Shown: one piece after another, positions 21,008 to 31,600 of the stretch
Layout of the letters: each line of letters starts with the position of its first letter
Numbering within the stretch: the first letter of the stretch is position 1
Assembly: GCA_048213135.1 (NCBI GenBank)
Contig: PS015228.1
Location: forward strand, 76,199-109,999
Origin: Reclinomonas americana ATCC 50394
Taxonomy: Eukaryota
Length of the DNA: 33,801 bases
Direction of reading: 5' to 3'
Made by a program: the position numbers and the translations under genes
Notes under the pieces: generated by a model
Database searches by the model: none
Told to the model about the DNA's origin: nothing
What the model saw: the letters and a program-made list of their open reading frames with translations, nothing else

Positions 21008-21010
<3 letters not shown>
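20446..21010 (+). pseudogene. Frameshifted ORF remnant with a degenerate BED-zinc-finger-like pattern; possible hAT-type DNA transposon 5' end
   Basis: ATG ~20670 after an A-rich leader gives MADASVSAGETTAHDKHVFDAEFHKGNEKDGK. A frameshift at ~20765 leads to EVLVYEHIGKTNKARHSLLFHCFYF...FFLNSMC...YASASNPLVNHAVHH. It is preceded by TAGCTGTGGGG (20446) and CGATAT-type palindromes. No second terminus was seen. Confidence 0.35.

Positions 21011-21038
<28 letters not shown>
21008..21038. repeat. (CA)n microsatellite between the two TE-like remnants
   Basis: Direct reading of the sequence. Confidence 0.85.
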
Positions 21039-21040
<2 letters not shown>

Positions 21041-21228
21041 GGAACCTGCTGCTGCCTCAAGATTGGTGTTTGTGTTGATGTTGTGGATATGGTTGAACTT
21101 GGTCATCAAGACAGCTGTTGCTTGTTTGTTGGTGAATGAATTGTTGTTGTACGTGCAAGTAAGTCCGGGAAGGAGCTGAAGTGTAGTTGAGTGGTTGTCG
21201 CTGATGATGGTGTTGCTCACGGGAGTTG

Positions 21229-21710
21229 TTACTGCCGCCTGTTGATTCTGGCAACGGCACCGCAATGCGCCGACCAGATGTAATGGTCGTGGCGCGCAGC
21301 GCAGCTGCACAGTTTCGACAGCAAGCGATCCGTGTCGTCACTGCTTCGACGCTCCTGAGGTGAACGGCCATGCACCAGTTCAGCAACGTTGTCACCAGTC
21401 CGTTTCGGGACGATGCCACCGGAGCCAAACACCAGTGTGTAGAAGACAACGCGCTTGTGCGTGTGTTGCTCGACAGCACGCATCAGATCGCGATGCTTCT
21501 CCGTTTTCTTCTCAGCAGCCGTCTCCAGCGAGCTGTTTCCGTCATCCTGTAGACGTCCGTCAGCGGCATACGCCACAGTAACGTCAGCCATAAAGATGAC
21601 ATCTTCTTGCCCAGCACGGCGCAGTAGTCCGACAATATCCGAAAGTGTCGACGACAAGCAATCCCAGTCACTGTCCGAGTGAATCGTACCCAAATCAACG
21701 CGAAGGACCG
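21229..21710 (-). mobile_element. 5'-truncated, decayed fragment of an RLE-type (R2/R4/CRE/NeSL-like) non-LTR retrotransposon: C-terminal restriction-like endonuclease domain
   Basis: Intronless ORF ...TLSDIVG...VIFMADVTVAY...SLETAAEKKTEKHRDLMRAVEQHTHKRVVFYTLVFGSGGIVPK...DRLLSKLCSCAARHDHYIW follows the RLE layout PD..., D(V)xV, AxxxKxxKY, V.G..G. Here PD reads SD and KY reads KH. There is an in-frame TGA just upstream and no RT domain or CCHC knuckle. Confidence 0.75.
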
Positions 21711-21768
21711 ATCATCTGGCATGGCAAACATGTGTTCTTCTGATTGTAATAATTATGGATCTATTTCT

Positions 21769-22133
21769 CTAAAGTAATCTCCCACTTCCGTCGTCAGCAA
21801 CAGGGACCCTCTCCGACAGCTCGACATCGCGATCGCCACCTACTGCAGACGAATCTCGCTGCGACTGTTGATCGCTGCGTGGCAGCAACGGCACTCCCAG
21901 CGCAGTCGCAACTTGGCTTTCTTCGTCACCTGAGTGAGCGAAATCGTCAGCCCTGCCATCACTCACCCCTCTCTTATCCTTTGCTTTCGACGATCGTGCA
22001 TCTCCTCTTGCTCTATGTGCGGGCGCGTTTCTCGGTCTCCATCTCTTCTCTCTCTCTCTCNNNNNNNNNNNNNNNNNNNNNNNNNNNNNNNNNNNNNNNN
22101 NNNNNNNNNGTCCCGTCCGTCGTCGTCGTCGTT

Positions 22134-22184
<51 letters not shown>

Positions 22185-25073
22185 CTCTCCTCTCTTCATC
22201 ACAGTCCCGACTCATCCTTGCATCTCTCGTTCTTGCTCTCAGTCTGCCTGATAGCTCGCTTTATGCTCTGCCGATGTCTCTCCTTCACTCTCAGTTTCTG
22301 TACGTCTCTCCCTCCCTCCCTCCCTTTCCCTCTCGCTTACTCTCCCTTCCCTCTCCCTCCCCCTTCTCCTTTCCTCCATCCCCCACTCACCATTAACCGC
22401 GGCACTCTTCTTCCGCTCCGAGAGCTTCCTCCTCGCCACGCGGCAGAAGCGCACCACCGACTTGGAGTGCTTGATAACAATAGGCGACACAATGACCCCG
22501 GCAACGACAGCCATGATAACGATGCTGCTGAGGACCTTGAATGTGGTGCCGGCATGTGAAGCGAAAATGGTGGAGATGACGAGAAGACCACCGAGACTCG
22601 CCGTCTGCACAAGTCAACGGATGAGCATTCCGGGCGACAGCCCTTATTCTTCAGTCAATCTACCTCCAACACATTGTACAGCATGAGCTTGTACGCTCGA
22701 CAGAACAAGTGGAAGGCCAGCATAGCGAAGCAAACGAGCCACAACGCCAGCGGCAGGATGTTGACAAAGCCGTTGGCCGCCAGCGGGAAGAACACACTGA
22801 GGACGACCAAGCGACGCGAGATTTGGTAGCCTGCAGAGAAAGTGGTGAGACTAGACGAAGGGGTGTTTTTTCCATCATATCCACTCACCATGGAACCAAA
22901 TGAACTTGGGCCTGAACTGCTCGTACAGAACACCGTATCGGCTGCCCGTCTGTGCCGAGCGACAGAACGTGAGAGAGAGTGGCAAAGATAGGCAGAGAAT
23001 GACAGAGGCAGAGAAAAGAGAGAGAGAGAGAGGAGAGTGACTGAGAGACCCAGGCACTGAGACAAACTGACACAGACAGAGAACGACAGAGACAGGGAGA
23101 CTGGCAGAGAATGGTAGAGACAGATAGAGAGCAGAGAGAGACTCCGAGAAAGGAGAGCAAGAGACCTTTGCTGCCCGTTTTTTCCCTCCCCTCCCCTCAC
23201 CACCCCCTTTCCCTTTTTCACCTTCTCCGTCAAATGCGCCTTTTGCGCCAGCTGCCTCCCAATCCTGCGCGTCCACCACACCAACAAGATCGGCGAAGCG
23301 ATTGCCAGCGCCAAGAAAACGGCAAACAAGGCGGCCAGCCGATTCCATCTACGAGCCCGAGAAATTAGCACAAAGAGGTGATCCCACTTCCCTCTGTACC
23401 CTCAGTGGCGCAACTCATCCACATAGCACACAATGCTGGGCGACAGCAGCGCCACATACGTCTGACCGACTCGCGTGCACGTGAAGAACGTAATGGAGGC
23501 CTCGGTGATGCCCTCGTAGATGGCGATGCCGAGCACAAAGGTGGCCAGTACGTAACGGTTGATCGAGGCCGACTTGATCACAATTGCCCGCAGACGATGC
23601 CCCGCCGACTGCTGCTGCGGTGGACGCCCAGTCGTGGCAGTAGCTCCCGCCCGCATGTAGTCGACATGCTGCTGTCCGCGGAGCAACAAGTGTGCAATGC
23701 ACCAGTGCACAGCAAAGAGGATCCACAACCAGCCGACATACATCAGCGGCACAATGACACGTGCCACCAGATCGCCGAGCGCCGTGAGGCGAACCGGACA
23801 CTTTTCGTTGGCGAAGCGCGGCAGCGCGAACGAAATGATGCTGTTGAACGACAGCAACTGCACATTGGGGTAAAAGAGCAGCGTGGCCGTTTGCAGGAAG
23901 AAAATGACAATCTCCGCCGAGGCTGCAGAACCGGCATAGTGTTAGAGCGACGCTAGCATTGGTGGTGCACGACAGCAAAAATAATCACACACCTTCGCCA
24001 CCTCTGCCGCCAAGGAACACGCGGACCACCAGCACCAGGGCCCACATCTTCGCCAGGGTGAGGAACACGGCTGCCGCTGACACGTACTGGCATTCGGCAC
24101 ATTCGCCGTGCCACTGTGAGTACGGCTCCTATCGCAGGGGAAAGTAGAGGGAGAGAGTGTCCGTGAGTGCCACTCACAACACGATGAGTTCTCCACCCTC
24201 TCCTTCTTCGCACCTCACACGCTCCGCACATCACCGAGGCCGGATTGCGGTGCGAAATCGCCGAGCAGTACGGCACCGTGCTGTTGGTGAGCAGCACCTT
24301 GTCATCTGTCTCACAATAGTTGTAGGGGCACAGGTACGAATGCAAGCGGCCACTGGTGTCGGGGAGCACCGGCACGCCACTCCCGTCCGTTTGTCCATTC
24401 GATGTGGTCGCCACCACATTCCACCGCGCATCCAACGGGAACGTCCAGTAGCCGGGCTGAATGTAGACGTCGGTGCCACCGTTGCACACCATGCTCGCGG
24501 TGTCACACGGCAGCGCCGTTTGATTAAAGGCTGCAGTGGGCAGCGAGTAATAGTCGGCCGGCACTTGCACGCAGCCATCAGTAGCCGAGTCGTAGAACAG
24601 CCCGGCCGGGCAAGCCGTCAACGGCAGCACCAGTGAGGTGTCGCCCAGCAGCGACCGCTGCGACACATTGGCCGTCACCACAAAGGGAGCGGGGGCGGAG
24701 GGGGGACTTGGCGCGCGCTGTGTGACTTGAATGGCGAACGACGCTCGTCCGTTCAGCGATGCTTGGGCGGGGGATTGGGACTGCGCAGCAACGAGAGGCG
24801 AATGAGAATGAAGGGAAGGGAGACGAAGGGCGGGAGGAGGAAACAGAGGGAAGAGGAAAGGGAGGGAAGAGGAAAGGGAAGGAAGGAAGGGAGGGAGGGA
24901 AGGAAAGAAGGAAGGAAGGAAGGAAGGAAGGGAGGAAGGGAGGAAGGGAGGAAGGGAGGAAGGGAGTAAGGAATGAAGGAAGGAAGGAAGGAAGCAAGCA
25001 AGCAGGGAAGCAAGCAGGGAAGCAAGCAAGCAGGGAAGCAAGCAAGCAGGGAAGCAAGCAAGCAAGCAAGCAA

Positions 25074-25125
<52 letters not shown>

Positions 25126-25232
25126 GCAGGCAGGCAAGCAAACAACAAGCAAGCAAGCAAGCAAGCAAGCAAACAAGCAAGCAAGCAAGCAAGCAAGTAA
25201 GCAAGCAAGCAAGCAAGTAAGCAAGCAAGCAA

Positions 25233-25268
<36 letters not shown>

Positions 25269-28200
25269 ACAAGCAAACAAGCAAGCAAGCAAGCAAGTAA
25301 GCAAGCAAGTAAGCAAGCAAGTAAGCAAGCAAGCCAGCAAGCCAGCCTAAACTCAAAAGCACGCAGTCAGATTAACGATCTCTCCCTCACGCACCCCGAC
25401 TGTGCACTCCTCGCACTGCAGCGTCATGACCACGCCATCCCACGTGGTCAGCGGATGGCCGAATGCATCAATGAGCTGAGTCGATAGCAGGCGCGGTTGC
25501 TCCGAGGTCGGGTACGAGATGTCGCCGACGTCGATCGAGGTCAGCGCCGACACAAAGCCTGTGAACGCAAAAGTCATCACCAAAGCGCGAGAACGGCCAC
25601 CTTCTTGAGTTGCACACAACTAGTGCTGCAGTCGTTGGTTGCCGAATTCGCCGGGGCGCTATTCGACGCAAACACAATTCCGTGCGCCTGCAGCCAGGAG
25701 CTCCACACGGAGGAAGAGCTGAATGCGGAAAACACGGGCGACAGCAGCGCGGGCCCCGCCGCCGAGTTGACAAACACAGCACCACCAGTACCCTGGCCGA
25801 GCACATTGGCACCGACGGCGTTGCTGGCAAACACCGAATTCAACGTAAAGTTGGTGCTCAGCAGGGTCACGCCGAGTGGGCGAGAGTATGCAGTCTGCTG
25901 GTTCGTCACTGTGACCGCCAGGCCGCCACCACGGCCAAACTGCGCTTGATTCGCTGTGAACACACTGTTCACTACGGTGACATTGGCCGAGTCCAACACG
26001 AATGCCGCACCACCGTCGCCCACCACGCTGGTATTGTTCGTAAACGTGCAACTAGTGATCGACAGGGCGGTGTTCGTGCCGGCGCTGGCGGCCGACAGCG
26101 CACCGCCGGCAGCCTGCGCAATGTTGCCAGAGAATGCAACCTGCTGCAGTGCGACGAAGAGCGGCGAATCAGAAATGTCCAGCGCGCCACCGGTGCCCGC
26201 ACCGGCCACATTGCCATCCAGCGCACCGCCAATCATGGTCAGTCGAGTCGCGTCCTGCACCTGCAGTGCGCCACCTGCTCCGCCCACAGCCGTATTCGAG
26301 GCGAGTGTGGTCGACGACAGTTGCGCCACTGCTCTGCCCTGCAAAGCCACACCACCGGCGCTGGCCAGCGATCGACCGTTGCGGAATGAGCTCAGTGTGT
26401 CCACCCACTGCGAGAGACCAGAGACCAAGCCGTGACCACCGAAGGTCGTGGCCGAGTTGCCATCAAAAATCGACTGCACAGTGGTGACGTTGGCCAGCTG
26501 CGACGCTGCAAATCCGCCGCCTGCCAGACCCGCCTTGTTTCCACTCATCACACAGTTGGTGAGCGAGACCGAAGCAGCACCTTCGGCAAACACACCGCCA
26601 CCGTCAGCCGCCGTGGCCGAGTTGCTATCAATCACCGAGTTGTCGGCCATTGCGTGCTGACTCTCGCCACCGACAAAGAGACCGCTGCCAAACGACGATG
26701 TGTTGTTGAGCAGCGAGGAGGCCGACCACGATGACGACGACTGCGCGTCGGCAAACAGGCCGCCACCGAAATTCGGTGCCTGATTGTTGACCAGTGCCGA
26801 TCGACTCGTGATGGTGAGGGAGGAGGTCGATGTCAAGTAGATGCCGCCACCACTGCGCGCCGCCGAGTTGCCGTCCACTCGCGAACCCGTTTGCATGGCG
26901 ACCGTGGCACGGTCCGCACGCACCGCCACACCGCCACCGTAGTTCGCGGAGTTGTGCGCAATCGTCGTCGCGGTGAGGAACGCCTGTGTGGCCACCTCGT
27001 TCACCACCACGCCACCACCAAAGCCGTCACCACCACTGGCACCGGCTTCACCGAGAGCGCTATTGCCGGCAACAGTGCACTGTTGGAGTGAGCAGGAGCT
27101 GCCGCTGAATGCCACGCCGCCGCCCGCAAACTGCGCGGAATTGCCAGCAATGGTGGCGTTGCGCAAGCTGCACTGCTCGCCAATCACGGCGCCGCCGCCC
27201 GTCATCAGAGCGCCACTCGCAGCGTTCTGCGTCAGCGTCACGTTGGAGGCGATGCTCATCAGGTCCATGAGAAGTGCACCACCGCCGCAGGAACGGCCGG
27301 CAACGACCTCCGCCGCGCTGGTTGTCGCCACGTTGCCGGAGAGAGTCGACGAGGAGAGCGTGACGTTGCCGTACATCAACATGGCGCCGCCCCCACAAAC
27401 GCTGCCGGAAACAGACGGCTGTTGTCCCAGACCGCCGTCGGCGACCGAGTTGCCGCGAAATGTGCAGTTGGTGGTCGTGGAGGGTGAGTTGACGAGCAGC
27501 AGTGCACCGCCGCCATTGTGGCTGCTGCCGAGGCTGCTGAATGCGTTGTTGAAGCCGCCGGCACCGTCGCGGTTCGAGTGGTTGTTGGTGAAGGTGCTGT
27601 TTGTTACCGAGAAGGTGGACTGTCGAAAGAGGGAAGGAAGGTGGGTGGGAGGGGAAATTGGGGAAAGCGGGAGGGANNNNNNNNNNNNNNNNNNNNNNNN
27701 NNNNNNNNNNNNNNNNNNNNNNNNNNNNNNNNNNNNNNNNNNNNNNNNNNNNNNNNNNNNNNNNNNNNNNNNNNNNNNNNNNNNNNNNNNNNNNNNNNNN
27801 NNNNNNNNNNNNNNNNNNNNNNNNNNNNNNNNNNNNNNNNNNNNNNNNNNNNNNNNNNNNNNNNNNNNNNNNNNNNNNNNNNNNNNNNNNNNNNNNNNNN
27901 NNNNNNNNNNNNNNNNNNNNNNNNNNNAAGAGTGAGACTGAAAAAGCATGGAAGAGGAAGAGTAAGTGGGAGAGGAAGAGAAAGAGGAGGAGAAAGAGAA
28001 AGAGGAGACAGAGAAAGAGGATCAGGATGAGGATTGCAGATTGAGTGACAATGGTAATACCTGCGAGGCTGATACGGAGGGCGCTACAATGAGCGCGCCA
28101 CCACCTCCATTGAATCCACCGACCGAGGAACCAAAGTTCGCGCTGCTTCCTCCGGCTCCATTGTTTGTGGACGTGTTGTTGACGAAGAGCAAGTTAGAAG

Positions 28201-28572
28201 CGACCTGTGCACATGAGTCTCGTGAGTGGAGGAACTACGTGAAACATGTAATCGGATGGTGACGGATGCACGCACAAACGACGATGCTTGGCCGGAGGGA
28301 GAGTACACCAGGAGTCCACCGCCACCACTGAAAGTTGCAGAGCTCGAACCAGAGTGGCCGTTCTTGTCGCCACCACTCCCTGATGAGCAAAGAGAGCGAT
28401 GAGCTACAGGGAAAAGTGATCGGCGAGTAGACTGGCAACGCAACCGTTTCGCGCGGCGGTGTTGTTCGTGAACGAGCAGGTAGACATCTGATTCGGAGAC
28501 GGGGTGAAAGAGCGAAGAGAAGAGACAAACTGTGATTGAGGGCATGTAGAAAAGGAGCGACGGCGAGGACAA

Positions 28573-28607
<35 letters not shown>

Positions 28608-31600
28608 GAGAGGACAACTGTCACTGACACGGTGCGAAGCTTCGACTCTTGACGCACCACAAATGAACCGGGGAGGGCGACAAGAATGCCGCCTCCACCG
28701 TTCGCGTATCCAGTGGAGTCGCCTCGATTGGTGTTGTTGAAGCCCCCCGCTCCGTTGCCGAGTGCCACATTGTCCGTGAATGTCGTGTTCGACACGGAAG
28801 CCTGCACGTGTGTGCATCAGGAATGAAATAGAATAGTGGAAAGCCAACAATCTTGCAGTCGCCGACCTGAGTGCCACTGAACTGTTGAAGCAACACGGCT
28901 CCTCCACCGCAGGCAGTTGCACTTGAGTTCCCGTCGCCGCCACTGCTGCCTCCACGGCCATTGTTTGAAGCAGTGTTTCTCGAGAATGTGCACCCAGATA
29001 TGTTCTGCACAAAGCGATTTGAGAAACAAAAATATTCTTCATGGAGAGCAGCAAAATGCAAAGGCTCGCGCACGATGAATCCGCCAGCAGTGATCACCGT
29101 AGACAGCGCCCCACCACCATGGTACGCGCCGGATGCATTGGCGGACATACCCGCTGATCGTGGGTCGCAAGGGTCAGCCAGACACACGCTCTCACTGGCG
29201 TACAACAAGTACAGTCAAACACTCACTTGCATCTTGCACGTCGCCACCGTTTCCGTTTTCGCTGGCCGTATTGTTGGTAAATGTGCATTGCGACATTGTC
29301 TGCGTATTTGCCAAATAATTTCATCTGACGACGACAACGGCAGCCCACGGTATTGCGGAGACGTACCAGCGATCCTCCGTTGAAGAACGAGACCAACAGG
29401 GCACCGCCTCCATTGCCCAGACCCAAGTTGGTGGCGGCCACGGAGCCACCCGGAGCTGCAGCGGGCAGGTGATATAATAAGAAGAGGAGCGGAAGAAGGA
29501 GGGTCATGAAAAAACAAGACAATGACGGAACAAGAGGAGGGGAGAAAGCAGCGAGGAACCGATGATGGTCGGCATGGGAGACACACCGATAAGAAGAAGG
29601 AAGATTGGCAGAGAAGAAAGGAGACACAGACGAGAGATAACTGGGCTATCGGAGACAGCGTATGAAATGCTCACTCATCTCCTTCTCAACAAATGCAGGC
29701 CAGAAAACAGAAGAGAGCGGAATAACAGAGAGAGAGAGAGGGGGAGGCAAACGTTGATAGACTCGAGAGTTGTTTGCGGGCTGCACTACAAACCATACGC
29801 GTCGAATCCCCCGTTTCCATTATTGTTGGCCACATTGGAGTTGAACGCGCAGTTCGTGATGCTCTACAAGATTTTTCCTCGTAACGTCAGCCATCGTGAG
29901 CCTCGTCACCGGTTCGCTATCTGATGCAGACTCACCTGAGTGACATTGCTGACCAGGTTGAACAGCAGCGCACCTCCGCCGCTGCTGTTGCCAGAGCTAT
30001 CGGCGCTCACAACGCCTCCTGTGACAGACGCATTGAAAACAAGAGCAGGCGAAATCTCATCACGAAGACAACGCAGCCAAACCGTGCGAGTAAGGACCTC
30101 CATTGCCGTTGTTAATGGCAGAATTTGCTGTGAACGTGCATCCGGTCATCCTCTATCAACAGAAGAATCGATCAGCAAACCAAAAATGAGAGCGGCGCAA
30201 TTTAACATCGCGCGCACCTGCGTTCCAGCACCATTGCCCTGCGCGTAGAAAACCATGGCACCGCCACCGTTGTTGCCTTCGGTGCTAGAGACGTTGATGA
30301 TGGGGCCTGTGAGAGGAGATGAGGAAGAGGGAAGAGGGACGAGGGGAAGAAAAACGGGAAAGGTCGAATGAGAACGAAGAGAAAAAGGATGAGAGGAGAG
30401 TAGAGTGGACGAAGAGAGCAGAAAAGAGAGGAGACAAGAGAGGCAAGAAGAGAGGAGAAGGGGACGACGGGAGGGGGGAGAAGAGGAAAAGGATAAGAGG
30501 AGAGGAGAGTGGAAGAAAAAGAGAGAAGAGCAGAGAAGAAAAGAGAGAAGAGAGTTAGACAGGGAAGCAGCGAGATAAGAATAAAAGGATAGGAAAAGGA
30601 GAACGAGAGAGAATCAAGAGACAGGCGGTGACTTGAGGAAAGGTGGGAAGGATACGATGAAAGCGAGAGAGAGAGAGAGAGAGAGAGAGAAGAAAGAAGG
30701 AGGAGGAAGAAGCATGAACAAAGAGCATAACAACACGAACCGGTGGCCGTGGAGCCTNNNNNNNNNNNNNNNNNNNNNNNNNNNNNNNNNNNNNNNNNNN
30801 NNNNNNNNNNNNNNNNNNNNNNNNNNNNNNNNNNNNNNNNNNNNNNNNNNNNNNNNNNNNNNNNNNNNNNNNNNNNNNNNNNNNNNNNNNNNNNNNNNNN
30901 NNNNNNNNNNNNNNNNNNNNNNNNNNNNNNNNNNNNNNNNNNNNNNNNNNNNNNNNNNNNNNNNNNNNNNNNNNNNNNNNNNNNNNNNNNNNNNNNNNNN
31001 NNNNNNNNNNNNNNNNNNNNNNNNNNNNNNNNNNNNNNNNNNNNNNNNNNNNNNNNNNNNNNNNNNNNNNNNNNNNNNNNNNNNNNNNNNNNNNNNNNNN
31101 NNNNNNNNNNNNNNNNNNNNNNNNNNNNNNNNNNNNNNNNNNNNNNNNNNNNNNNNNNNNNNNNNNNNNNNNNNNNNNNNNNNNNNNNNNNNNNNNNNNN
31201 NNNNNNNNNNNNNNNNNNNNNNNNNNNNNNNNNNNNNNNNNNNNNNNNNNNNNNNNNNNNNNNNNNNNNNNNNAGAAAAGAAGGAAGGAGGGAAGAAAGC
31301 ATTGACAAAGAGCATAACAACACGAACCGGTGGCCGTGGAGCCTCCATTGCCGTTGTTGACAGCCGTGTTGGACACAAAGGTGCACCCGATCAGCGACTG
31401 CCTCGTGTGTGTCAGCATCACTACACGCGTTGGTGGAAGAGGTGGAAAAAACGCGTCACCTGACTGTATTGATTGCCATTGACTGAAAACCAGAGTCCAC
31501 CGCCACCGTTGGTGCCTCCAGAGCTGTTGCCGTTGGCGGAAGAGTAACCTGATGATGATGAAAACAAACAAAGAGAATCAGAATATCAGTCAACGCAAGA

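Noticed and set aside
24781-25362. Long LLAC/ASKQ-repeat ORFs
   Set aside because: Translations of the (GCAA)n/(GGAA)n intronic satellite; real coding sequence resumes after the AG acceptor at 24781.
25577-27619. Bacterial autotransporter or contaminating bacterial DNA
   Set aside because: The segment is bounded by splice sites, is in frame with intron-rich exons on both sides, and ends in alpha-helical TM segments rather than a beta-barrel.
25497-27660. Plus-strand Pro/Ala-rich ORFs (APPP repeats)
   Set aside because: Antisense shadows of the GGG(A/V) codons in the Pmp-like exon.
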